From: Tubiluchus corallicola
Lineage: Eukaryota; Animalia; Priapulida
NCBI GenBank assembly: GCA_030141605.1
Contig: JAQGDQ010000761.1
Span: 1 to 64,000 of the forward strand
Direction: 5' to 3'
DNA length: 64,000 nucleotides
A model generated the notes under the pieces. The model searched no databases. It saw only the letters and a list, made by a program, of their open reading frames with translations, and was not told the origin of the DNA. A program made the translations under genes and the position numbers. This document shows positions 39,402 through 50,843 of this stretch, in pieces. The first letter of the stretch is position 1; each line of letters starts with the position of its first letter.

Positions 39402-40144
39402 AGTATGTAAGCGATATAAAATTTCAAAAAGAATTTTCTAAGCTTTATGTTTATGAAGGATTTTCTTTTGCTTTAAGCATAATTGACGTCAAGCATAGGG
39501 GTCTATCGCTACGCCTCCACTGTGACGTCACACGACCAACCTCCACTGTGACGTCAGCACGACCAGCCTCCACTGTGACGTCAGCATTCGAGAACTACTG
39601 TTTTTAGGAAACAAAGCGACAACTAATGTCTAATCAGCAGATAAACTGATTGAGCTTTTTTCACACACACAAATTTGCAGAACAGCAGTTATTTTTACAC
39701 GAAATTAACACTTCAAGTAGGCAAAAAATGACTTTTCAATTTAAACAGATTACAGAGACGAAGTTTCAAAGCACTACAAAATACAATGACGTAAGCATTA
39801 TTATAAAGAAGCTAAGCCAGTTAGCCTTGCTCTAAGATAGATAAGCAACAAAAAGATTAAGCTCCTCTTGCCTTTGAACATAGGAACACCTCATGCCTGC
39901 GATGTATCGTTTCTGTACTTAGCTGATCATGTGCTCGTCTGCAAGATTTACCCAGTTTTTCTATATTTCCTTTGTCAGGCTACAGAAATGGAATAAATTT
40001 GATTGTTCCGTTCCATAGACTGCCCGAGTTACATAAGTCCCCATGGCATCTTTTAACCATGATCATAACCAGAAAAATAGCATAAAATTAACTAATATTG
40101 CGTGCGTAATTGCACATGTCAAAACACGATTGATATTTTCAGAT

Positions 40145-40522
40145 AATTATCCCTGATTAGATAGATCCCGGTCCTACCACACCCACCTATATTACTTCAT
40201 AATTACTACGCCCTGTTGTTGAGTGCACAGTCCCGGCCGGTTGAATTATCCCTGATTAGATAGATCCCGGTCCTTTCACACCCACTTATATTATTACATA
40301 ATTACTACGCCCTGTTGTTGAGTGCACAGTCCCAGCCGGTTGAATTATCCCTGACTAGATAGATCCCAGTCCTTCCACACCCACTTATATTATTTCATAA
40401 TTACTACGCCCTGTTGTTGAGTGCACAGTCCCAGCCGGTTGAATTATCCCTAATTAGATAGATCCCTGTCCTACCACACCCACTTATATTATTTCATAAT
40501 TACTATGCCCTGTTGTTGAGTC
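40145..40522. repeat. 99-bp tandem repeat (~3.8 copies) inside the foldback element
   Basis: aattatccct recurs at 40145, 40244, 40343 and 40442. Confidence 0.93.
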
Positions 40523-41574
40523 CAAATTCTATGTGACAAATTCTATGATTGACGTGTGTAAAAGCACAAGAAAACCCTCCACTTACACAAAGCTTAAAAA
40601 ATTCGTCTCGAATTCTTATACACTCACATACCGTCTTTTTATACAGGGCTTGCGTCGACATTAACGCTGTATAAAACTTGTAAACTTGAACTCCTGCGAT
40701 GACCATTTTAATGGTAGGTCGTTTGAAACAAGTTTAGATAACATTGCGTAGCATCTGACAGAGGATGCGTAACACACTCTTCATTAAGTAAAATTTTAAA
40801 TTACTGTATTTTGTCAATAAGATTAAAAATACGTTTTTGGTTAGTGAGTGCTGCACCCTGGAGGGTGAGTCAGCGACATTTTACAAATTGGCACGAACGT
40901 TTTAAATTATAATTTCTATTTATATTTGCAGCAGGTAAGCGAAATGATAAGTGATACAGATTTGCATGGAAAGTTTTTTGGGACATGGTTTAACATTTCC
41001 TTTTCTTCCCCTGATTTACAATGTGTGTATATGACGTCATGTAATGGTGCAGTATGAACAGTATTGCGGGGGGTTCAAAATGAAAGCAAACAAAAATCCT
41101 TTCAACGCAAGTACGATATACGCATAAAATTGCCATGAAGTAATATATTAAGGCGATTTTTCTGAAAACCTACTTCAGGTACCCATTTTCTTGTCCTTTA
41201 AACTTTAAACCGATTAATCCAAGACAGTGGTAATCGTGCAAGTGTGAATCGAGCCTTGGACTTTGCTAAACATATTGCAAACGTGTGAATAATGTTTTCA
41301 AGCAAAAACCCAAGCTGCCAACCTGTGCTATATATACTGTAAACGCATTTTAAGCAATTGTAAAACTTCAGAATTTCCGTTGTCAGTTCGTATTCTCGCC
41401 TTCTACACATGGCGACACATGCTCAGACGTTTTGGCAAAACTGCACACTTTAGCCAATGTGTATCCCGGCTGGCGCAAACATGCACTATGCTCTAATGTA
41501 GCAAATGCAGAGAGTTCATGCAAGAATGTCGCTACGTACACGCGAACATGTCTTAAGGTTTGCCTCTTGAGTTA

Positions 41575-42105
41575 GGGTGCGTTCACATGTATGCGGAATC
41601 TTTTTAAATACGCTAGTCAAACAAATATATTTGTTTGTGGATAGCGTTTGTCAGAAAATGTGCAGCTGGATGCGACAATGGACAGGCCAATTTTGCACAG
41701 CAAAGAGTAGGCTTCGCCAATTCCAGACCATACATGTGCAATTGCCGCACAATCGAATGCACGCGTGTATTTCTCATTGTCTGACTAGTCCTTCATCTTA
41801 ACAATTCCAAAGCAAAGGAGAACATTTCCAATTTGGCATCAAAGATTATTATGTACACAACAAAGCTCAGCATATCACAGTCATGTAAGTCAATGTGAAC
41901 ACAGCCTAAGCTTTAGCACATATCATAATCAAGCATGTCATTGGTGTACACGAGTGACAGTGCAAGTATACCCCAAGCTTTAGATCATTAAAGCCACGTG
42001 AGTTACTGTCACATGCATGTGAATTTACTCTACGAAATACCGTGTTGAAACCATGCGAGTCGAGCGGCTCTGTCAGATTACCACTGCATACGTGTGAACG
42101 CACCC
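41575..42105. mobile_element. PIF/Harbinger-like MITE(s)
   Basis: tta-GGGTGCGTTCACATGTATGC...GCATACGTGTGAACGCACCC-taa; TWA flanks are not identical, and another end-like motif sits near 41900. Confidence 0.6.
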
Positions 42106-44756
42106 TAAGCTTTAAACCACTGAAGGTCACTCATCAAGTATAATCCTAATCTAGTACGTAGCCTGAAAACTATGGTTACCCAGTATAATACACGTCAGAT
42201 AATGCTTGCATAAAAACCTTTTACCGTGTAGAGGAAACCATGTTTGTTTCACCTTCAGGTATAGGTCATAACGGTTACACAGAATTTCACATGTCTGGTA
42301 ACATAGCGCAGAGATTTCAACTCTCCAGCTTCTAATCCAACACAATCATTACACGCTCTTTCCAACAAACCACAAATCACGCGTCAAGAACTCGTTGAAA
42401 ACACAAGCGAGTCGAAAACGCTCTAAATCAAATCTGCTTTGTACGCATGTCAAGCATTCGCGCATGCGCACTGCTGTCTGTGAATATGAAAACCATGTGT
42501 AAGACTGCACTACTATGAAACTACCACTACAATTACTTAAAAATCCCAAATTAATGCCAGCACTTGGAAATACAAACTTTCATTCTCACGTAAAAGTATA
42601 TTTAAACACATCAGACATATTTGTTATCCACTTCAGCATGAAAAAAATGACAATATAATTTAGCTATTATTCCAGAACGATTATGTACAATGCAATTAGA
42701 GATACAAAATGCCTTGCAAATAAACGACACAATTCTTCAGCTACCAGAAATAGGTGCTGCATAGCGGTTACGAAACTAGGCTTGTAAACCCGCCATGAAA
42801 ATTGGGAAAAAGTTGATGAGTTCTTAAAAGAGAAGGAATTTATAGAAAAATAGAGATTGACAATGACAGAGTAATAGGCCAAGGATGGAGAAAAAGGGAA
42901 GATAAGCGAAATGGAAAGGAGTTGAGCAGAGATATAGGATGTAAAAGCATTAAAATATGATCAGTAAAGTAACCAGTCGCGGGATGTACTATAACTATTG
43001 TAGTTCATAATAAAACTCAAAAAATGTGTTGTAAATACGATTATAATAAGGGAGATTTCATATATATTTTGAAGCTATATAATGTTCGCTGTGTGGTAGT
43101 ATGTGTTGATATTCCTAGATTTGAAACAAAGTGTCTAGCAACACTGGTCCTGTAAAATGGAATATTATATTCATTAAAACTTGTGACGTGTCTCTATGAT
43201 TACGTACGACAGCTCTTGTCGGATGACTACTTGTTTTTGTTTTCGATAGATGGCGCCATTGTTTTGCGGCATTGTGTGTACGTACTACATCAGTAATGTC
43301 ATCTTTTTTTATAAAAGCACTACAGTATTTATGGTTACGTACGACAGGATTTAAAAAAACGGGTTTTCGTCTAATTTTACCGGTAAAGTTACAAAACTGA
43401 GATGGTCAAAGCCACTGAAAATAGCTCATAATAAGTATCAATGAATACCGAAATTTTAGTGACTGTACCAGTACTACAGCGCAGAGCTTAGGAGTTACTT
43501 ATTTGACCTAATTAACTCTGCTAAAATTTTCGTTAAATGCACGCTATTCAAAATTAAACGTGGCTAGCCAATTATTATCATTGGATGTCGCTAGTAATGT
43601 CCAGGCTTTATTAGCACACACTAATTAATGATATAAGATAATAGTGCACGAAGCTATTAATTACCGGCAGCTTCCGAAAGTCCACAAGAAGATGCGTCGT
43701 TTGCACCTCATTACTTTCAAGTCAACATGTAGATTAATGACTGTAAAACTTCACATCATATCCATAGAACTAATACGGGTAATGATGACACAGTAAACAT
43801 GACACTACGTGGGACGTTCACGCTTGCTCGACATTTGTGTACTGCATTTCTGTGTGCGTCGGCACAGCCTTCTTAACTACAATTGTCAGATGGCGTGTGT
43901 GGATCCAGCAACTCAGTTCAGTAACTTCAGTTGTGGTGCCATTTCCTCGTTGTTTTACGTGGACTTTACTCAATTATGCATCAGTTTATCCGTAAAGTAA
44001 TCTACTAGCAGGATCTTGCTTGGGAACAAGAAAAAATGAACTAGGTAAGGTTCTAGGTAACTGTTAAAACATTTTCCTATTACAATAGCATGGGCTGTGA
44101 GGCGTTGTCAGGTGTACAGAAATACGTCATCTGGTACACTTAATCGTTGACCTTTTCACGATCATCGTCAATCGCTACAACAGTGAAAAGTTGTCTATTA
44201 CTGAAACAAGTGTGTTATCTAATAACACAGCACAATAACAAATGAATGGAGCAATCACAGTTAAGCAAACGTAATTCACACTCAACGTACAGTAAGTGCA
44301 AGAACTGAACTTTTTGTTAACGTCCCAATAAATCACTTTTATGATGAAGACACCTCACTCGTGTACAGGGGAAAAGTTTGATAAGCAAACCGAGCATCAT
44401 ATTTTCACATGACAGTGATGACAGCACATTGCCTATTACCCTAGGTAATCCTCACTCATAATGAATGTCTTCTAGTAAATGTCAAAGCAATAAAGGGTTC
44501 ACCCAGTCTAGTAACTGCATTGTTATTACAGATTTTATAGGTAATTATGCAATATCAATGATTTTTAATCCATGTCCATTTTACATCCTTTTAGAGATTG
44601 ATTTAGTTGCAAATTAGGGGCAATTCTGCATATCATCTTTTTTATAGTAGAATATACTGTCACAAGGCCCAAAATTGGAATTTTATTTATAATTTGCTAT
44701 TAGGACCACAAAAAACAGGTGACATCGAGAGAAAGAACAAAGATACAGAGGGGAAA

Positions 44757-44759
<3 letters not shown>

Positions 44760-44800
<41 letters not shown>

Positions 44801-44801
44801 A

Positions 44802-44862
<61 letters not shown>
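44760..44862. repeat. (GA)n microsatellite
   Basis: Direct reading. Confidence 0.98.
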
Positions 44863-44867
<5 letters not shown>

Positions 44868-45181
44868 TCAAGCTAGCCTGCTATAAACAAAAATCAACAG
44901 TAAGCGATTGTGTTGTGCAGTTACTATTAACAAAGCAATAATTATCACCATAATCATATAAGGATACATGCAAGGTCACTTTCCTTTAAAAATGAAATTT
45001 AAATCAGGAAAGTCTATATGCATTTACAACTGAACTAGCAATAATATACACATGTATGTAAGATCATGAAACCTGATATGTAACATAATAAACAACAGGT
45101 TGTTTTTCATTGCAGTACTACTTTAAAATGAGTAACACAAACTGACCAAGCAAAACGTCGCACAATGCCACAGTATATATA

Positions 45182-48100
45182 CTACTCTTCCATAACATGC
45201 AATATTGTCTGAAATAACTCTGTAGTACAGATAGTTTTCAACACGGCTCTCATATTGTCATCAAATGGAACAGATTTCAACGTATTTGTGATCAAAACTA
45301 GCAGTCCCTCTGCAGCCGAAAGAGGAGGAACCAGGCTGCCAATCCTGCACAAATGGCACACAAGCTGGCTTTTGACAAACACGTTCATTTCATTCATTTC
45401 TGTTAGAAGCTGAGAATTTATCGTGGCAATTAAACTGCTAAGAAAGTATTGCCACATTTCAGCTTGTCCAAATAAATCAGTTTTGTGCAAGCTAAGCACC
45501 TGAACAACATCTCCTAATGTTTGTATAGTGACCAACAAAGGAAGTGTGGCATTTAGGTCTTCGGGTAGAAACTTGTGCGTAAATGTTGACCTGTATGGAA
45601 AGCTTGACTGCGATGATTTTAACAAGTTGAGCACGCCGGTGACCACACGATTCCATTGGCTGGGCAAGCAAGATGGTAAGACCATGGTCAAAGACAGAAC
45701 AAACTCGGAATAATCAATGCCTTCAGTTAAATGCAGATTCTCGCACAAATGATGCAGTTTACGCGGACAAGATCGTAGAAAAGTCCACAAATGCGACATG
45801 TGATGAGCGCCATAACTCACGTCAACATCAGCAAAATCAAAGTGCTCCTCTAACTGCGATACCATCACTCTTAAGCAGTTTGGCAGTCGTATCCTGTATT
45901 GCAGACGTGGATGAGAACAACAAAAATTGTGGAGAAGCAGCTGCGTAGAAAAATCATACTGCTGAAGGTATTCAAAACACCAAATGAGTTGCACTTCTGA
46001 AAAACTTGTTATTGCTGCCGTGCAAACTCCCTCAATCAAGGTGATCACGTCAGATAAAGATTCCTTCATGGAAAAGTACAGGCTTGGCTCATTTAGAATT
46101 GAATCAGTTGCGTCATACATGTTGCAGAGATGCAAAAGAAGAGGCAGAGGATTGCAAGAAAGAAGCCAGTGAGAATCAACATGACTTTTTTGCTTCCTCC
46201 AACCGGATAAACTCGCCTTTAGCAACTCCAGGCTGTGTTCACACTGCCGAGATCTGATGCTCAGATTAGGTAAAATAAACCTTGTGATAAGTACAGGATA
46301 AGAAATCAATTGGTCCATTAAAAACGGACATTGCGGATCTACATGGCTGCAATAATCACTTAGTAATTTCTCAAACAATTTCAAGAAATTTTGTTTCTGC
46401 AAAGAACTGAGTTTCCTGCTGCAATCCAAGAGAGCTTGAACCACCAAACTGTTGCCACCTTCTGTCTCCATGGTGGCAGCACAGCCGAGACTTTGCAAAA
46501 GTTCGGAAATTAGTTGTGTAAAGCCGGCATTGCAGACAGCATGATTCACAGCACTACAGATCACTGCAGCTGGATTCTGCAAGCATAACAAATGCACATC
46601 CTCAAATAGTGTCAACTGTGTCAACTTGTTGTCATCAACACTGGCAGAAAGTTTGTTGAAGAATAATGTCCTCTTTTGATTGAAATCAGCTTGTGCTAAC
46701 CAGTCACTACTGCCGTACATTTTGAGGCTGTGTTCTAACAACCTGTTCTTAGCGTAGAGAGGTGAAACGTCATAAGCACAAAGAAGAAGGTGCTTATGTC
46801 GCTCCGACAAACAGTCGCTCTCATTCATAGTCCAGAACGTGTGTAAGAGCAACTTCATATTACTTGTGCTGGCAACTACATCAACGGTTGCTTCTAGAAT
46901 GTTTAAGCAGTGCACAGCATTTAACAAATCTACGTCCGTAATGATTCTAGTTACGTTTCTTTCATAACCAGATAACCGCTCACGGATTCTAAAAAGAGCA
47001 TCATCTAATGAGAACGCATCTGTTTCGTTTCCTGCATCCACAGTTTCAACTGCAACTTCAATACCGTTTTTCTCAAAGAAGTACCAACATTGCGAAATGA
47101 TCTCTTGTATTTTGATTTGGATCTCCATAACTACGTTCTCATTTTTTGCTACAGCATCAAGAGCATGGATCAGTTTCCTCACAATCCTGCTGATCTTTCC
47201 AATATCTTTTACACTGTCTAACAGGTTTGCTTCGCACAGAAGATAATGCACGAGTTTAAGTAATGAAGATAAATCAACAACATTTCGGGCATTCTTCATT
47301 TTCTGCTCAGAAACATTTGACTTTAGCTGGCGTACACGGGCAGCCACTGTAAAAAGCTGCTTCTCTGGGTCGTCCAAATGAAAATCAGCATCAAAAACGT
47401 TCCGCAGTTGGTGACATCTGTCGAGCACAACTTGCGAGGAAGATGTAAGCAGATCTGAATCAGAAAACTCAGCAGCAGTAACAAACAGAGACAACTTAGA
47501 AATTGCCAGACTTAACAGCTCTGCTGCAGCATCAACACTGGCATTCACTGCACTGCGAGCTTCAAAACGTTGCACTAATACTGTTAGCAGGTCAGAAAAA
47601 TTGCGAGAAGTATCTGCTTTTATAATTTCAGTTTCACTAGCATTTAAATTTTCCATTTCAGCAAATGGCAAAGTTTGGACTGTGGTAACATTTAACAAAC
47701 TGCAAATAAGTTGTCCCAAAAAATTGGTACTTGTAATCATCTCGCTCCTTGATGCAAAATAATGATCTAATTCCGAGATAACTGCTGACCTAATTAAAGC
47801 AGACACATCCAGCAAACACTCCAACAACAAATGCACCCAGTCACATCGATGCACTATCTCAAAATAAAACGAGCTGCTAAACTTTGGCATGTTTCTATTA
47901 AACTTTTCACAGAATACCTCATTAGCAAGGTGATCGAAGGTTTTGTAGAAGAGAAGCGAATGCAGTTGAAAGGCAAGAAAACGAGATTTTTCCTCTCCTA
48001 TGTCTTCTTCTAGTCCTCTGCATATCTCTTTAATGCTGTCAACAACAACTTTAACAGCATCTTGAAAGTTGACATTGCCAATCTTTGCAGTTCCGCCACC

Positions 48101-48232
48101 TTCATCTTCAGTATAATCGTCCTCAGCTTCCAAAGTGGGTTTTACGAGCGAATAAGCATAGTGAACTGCGCAGTCAAAAACAGCAAGCTCGGGTGTATGC
48201 AGTTTCAGCCTTTGTATGGGAGCCCATGTGTG
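45182..48232 (-). CDS. GEMIN4: GEMIN4-like protein (SMN complex component), single long terminal exon nested in CLTC intron 1
   Basis: Frame open for 1016 codons from an acceptor at 48233/34. Motifs match human GEMIN4 as recalled: HLLLCAYDVSPLYAKNRLL~HLILECYADLSLPGKNKVL; WLLSCNPLPLLLHLC~WLQTCSPFPLLFSLC; FVLSLTMVLPSCLPSQWNR~FLVALVQVMPWCSPQEWQR. Human GEMIN4 is likewise mostly one large exon. Confidence 0.85.
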   Translation of the reverse strand, partial: HTWAPIQRLKLHTPELAVFDCAVHYAYSLVKPTLEAEDDYTEDEGGGTAKIGNVNFQDAVKVVVDSIKEICRGLEEDIGEEKSRFLAFQLHSLLFYKTFDHLANEVFCEKFNRNMPKFSSSFYFEIVHRCDWVHLLLECLLDVSALIRSAVISELDHYFASRSEMITSTNFLGQLICSLLNVTTVQTLPFAEMENLNASETEIIKADTSRNFSDLLTVLVQRFEARSAVNASVDAAAELLSLAISKLSLFVTAAEFSDSDLLTSSSQVVLDRCHQLRNVFDADFHLDDPEKQLFTVAARVRQLKSNVSEQKMKNARNVVDLSSLLKLVHYLLCEANLLDSVKDIGKISRIVRKLIHALDAVAKNENVVMEIQIKIQEIISQCWYFFEKNGIEVAVETVDAGNETDAFSLDDALFRIRERLSGYERNVTRIITDVDLLNAVHCLNILEATVDVVASTSNMKLLLHTFWTMNESDCLSERHKHLLLCAYDVSPLYAKNRLLEHSLKMYGSSDWLAQADFNQKRTLFFNKLSASVDDNKLTQLTLFEDVHLLCLQNPAAVICSAVNHAVCNAGFTQLISELLQSLGCAATMETEGGNSLVVQALLDCSRKLSSLQKQNFLKLFEKLLSDYCSHVDPQCPFLMDQLISYPVLITRFILPNLSIRSRQCEHSLELLKASLSGWRKQKSHVDSHWLLSCNPLPLLLHLCNMYDATDSILNEPSLYFSMKESLSDVITLIEGVCTAAITSFSEVQLIWCFEYLQQYDFSTQLLLHNFCCSHPRLQYRIRLPNCLRVMVSQLEEHFDFADVDVSYGAHHMSHLWTFLRSCPRKLHHLCENLHLTEGIDYSEFVLSLTMVLPSCLPSQWNRVVTGVLNLLKSSQSSFPYRSTFTHKFLPEDLNATLPLLVTIQTLGDVVQVLSLHKTDLFGQAEMWQYFLSSLIATINSQLLTEMNEMNVFVKSQLVCHLCRIGSLVPPLSAAEGLLVLITNTLKSVPFDDNMRAVLKTICTTELFQTILHVMEE

Positions 48233-50396
48233 CTAAAAATAAGCGGGAGTTTGTAAGGAAAAACGAAAAAAAAATCAAAATGCGGAGTTGAATACTTATA
48301 TTTAAGTACAATAAAATGCATTGAAGGAAAGGACAAGTCATTTACCATGTTGGATTTATTTTACTATTATCACTTGAATTTAGGAAAATATGAAAAAGAA
48401 TTTTGCAAAAAAGCAGTCTATAAAGCATATAGTTAGTCATGCTACTACTGTACGATTTTCAGGTGCGATGCTAGATGACATTTGCTTGAAAATTATGACA
48501 CAACTAGGTGGATTTCGTGACTTTTCTTCAGTACACTATGGCTTTCCGTAAGCGAGCGCTACTTAAATTAATCCAAATTTCTGCAGCTTACCTAATGTTC
48601 AAGCAAAAATATCATAACATTAGATAATATTTTGTAAAACTTATTATACTTTTGATGGAAATTGACAGTGCACGGTTTTCCTTCAGTCGGTGAATGTCAG
48701 GCCAGTCACAAAAAAAGTTTCTGTCCTACCTCATGAGCTCAAAAGATGTCAGTAGGGAAAGGAGGAAATTTTTTTCAAAATAATTTTTTTATTTAAAGTT
48801 TTGTGAATGTTTATAGCTGAATTGTGGAACATTTAAAATCAAGGTTTGTTTATTTCCCACTGGTCATAATTAGCAGTAATGTTTTAAATTTTTTTCAATG
48901 AACATTCTTTCACGCTTTGTTTTTTAGTTTTTAGTTACGCATCACTAAATTATTGTATAATTATCGATTATCGTATAGTCTCCTTTTTGAACGTCATGAT
49001 GTTCTGGTAACTTTGGCACAATTGAAATCAAAGTTTGTTTATTTCCCACTGGTTAGCAGTAATGTCTTAAATTTTTTCAATAAACATTTTTTCACGCTTT
49101 CTTTTTTAGTTTCGCATTACTAAATTATCGTACAGTTATCATTTGTTTGTAACTGATATGTATGTTCTGATAATAATGGTATCATGGCATCAACACTACT
49201 CAGCCGTTAATACACTGATTTGGCAGAAAATACGATGCATTTTAGCCTCCAATACAATGAGCATCACTCAAAAGGACAACCCTGGCTGAGAGTTAGCCGC
49301 AGAAAAACATGGTTGTGACCACGCCGAAACAACAGTGTTACAATAATTATTGCGTTGTAAGTTTTAAACTAAAAAAATATGCTTTTATATGACTGCGTCA
49401 GGTAAGTATATGAATGTAGAAAACTTTTATAAAATTCCTGGCATGGTGTGCGATAAAAAAAATGTTACCCAGGCGAATAGACAGAAACAGAAGTATTTTT
49501 ATTGTTGGCCTCACTGGTGATAGAATGGGCGTTCAATATGAGAGCACCTAGGCATGGATGATCACAACTTTAAAGTGATTTTACTACTTATCCAAATCAC
49601 CTATCACACTTTTTGCGAAAATTTAAAAAAGCCTAGATTCCCGGAAGACTTGGCCTGTCGTTTAAAACTCATTTTATAAAACAGTCTCGACAGATACACT
49701 CAAACTTCTTTATACCACCTACAATGGAACTGCAAAGCATTGGTATTACAGCGAGTTTAGCATTATAATAGGGGTTGTTAATGCATACATGTCTACGCAA
49801 ATATAGACATTTTGTTTTGATAAAAATCTGGGCATTAAATGAGATCGGCATTATGACGAGGTTTGTCTGTATTAAAATGAATCTCAGTTCTAGCACGTCT
49901 TTCCATGTATGAAAACAAAATAAAATTAAAATGAAATTGCTGGTTAGACAAGAAACAAAGCAATCACCAGCACCGAGGCTGACTCTAAAACTCAAAACTT
50001 TTCAGATGTATACATTGAATGCGTGCCACGCGGAAAAGAACACAAGTACTAAAAACGGTAAGCATCAGGTGCACGCTGCACAGTAATCATCGCATTAAAT
50101 CTGATAATCATTATATGCAATTAGAAGAACTCAGCTTGCTAATGATTATTGTGTTAGTAAACAGTTGTACAAATTATAGTTATTATTCTTGGATTTGTCG
50201 CACGCTCTAAATTTTAAAACAGCTACAGGTTCTACATGGCATGGTCACTGCAGCACAGGGCCACATATACGCAGCTTGATGATACAAGCCTATATACATA
50301 ACAACGGAAGTCAAAGAATTGAGAAATAAATAAACATTCCTAATATTTTACCCATCAAGCAAATCCCGATGGCTAATTAATTAACTTTTAATACTA

Positions 50397-50843
50397 CCGT
50401 ATTTTCCCGTGTATAAGAGACCCTTTTTTTGCTCAGAATTTTCACTTTAAAAATAGGGGGTCTCTTATACATGGGAGTAAGTCTTTTCAATAAGATGCAT
50501 AAATTGTTACACTAATGATTTTAAAGAAATAAGTGCTCTACAACTGTTTTGCGTGTCGCGTTCGACTATGAAGCGGTTGTAAGCAATACAAGCATCGTGA
50601 CACAGGCATTATCTCCTCGTTTTCTCTTTTCCTGTTACAGGTTTGCAGGTAATATATACCAGTACTCTTTTTCTACAACACATTAACTGGTTTTATTTTG
50701 TTTTCAGTACCGCACTGAGTTGAAAAAAGTTGTACTTTACCCTCTAAAAATGTCCGTCTGAAAAAACTTTTTTCCAGAATTTTTGCCTAAAAATTGAAGG
50801 GGTCTCTTATACACAAGGGTCTCTTATACACGGGAAAATACGG
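50397..50843. mobile_element. Tc1/mariner (Tc2/pogo-like) MITE
   Basis: Perfect 27-bp TIR CCGTATTTTCCCGTGTATAAGAGACCC, TA on both sides. Confidence 0.92.

Larger units (their letters stand above)
38391..41197. mobile_element. 2.8-kb foldback-like element with long inverted arms and TTAA flanks (Kolobok-like termini)
   Basis: ttaa-AGGACAAGAAAA...TTTTCTTGTCCT-ttaa. Arms 38391-39495 (excluding an inserted MITE) and ~40545-41197 are diverged reverse complements. Extra arm fragments at ~37300-37730 and ~51490-51600. Confidence 0.78.

Noticed and set aside
44607-44871. ER/RE-rich and LS-rich ORFs
   Set aside because: Translations of the (GA)n microsatellite.
48131-48133. TTG start codon for the 983-aa ORF
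   Set aside because: A product of prokaryotic-style ORF calling; the frame stays open to a splice acceptor at 48232.
48586-48640. Donor-like TAG|gtaagc just upstream of the GEMIN4 exon as its private coding first exon
   Set aside because: The nearby ATGs run into stops (the phase-0 frame ends in TAG at the donor), so it cannot supply an in-frame start; a non-coding role is not excluded.
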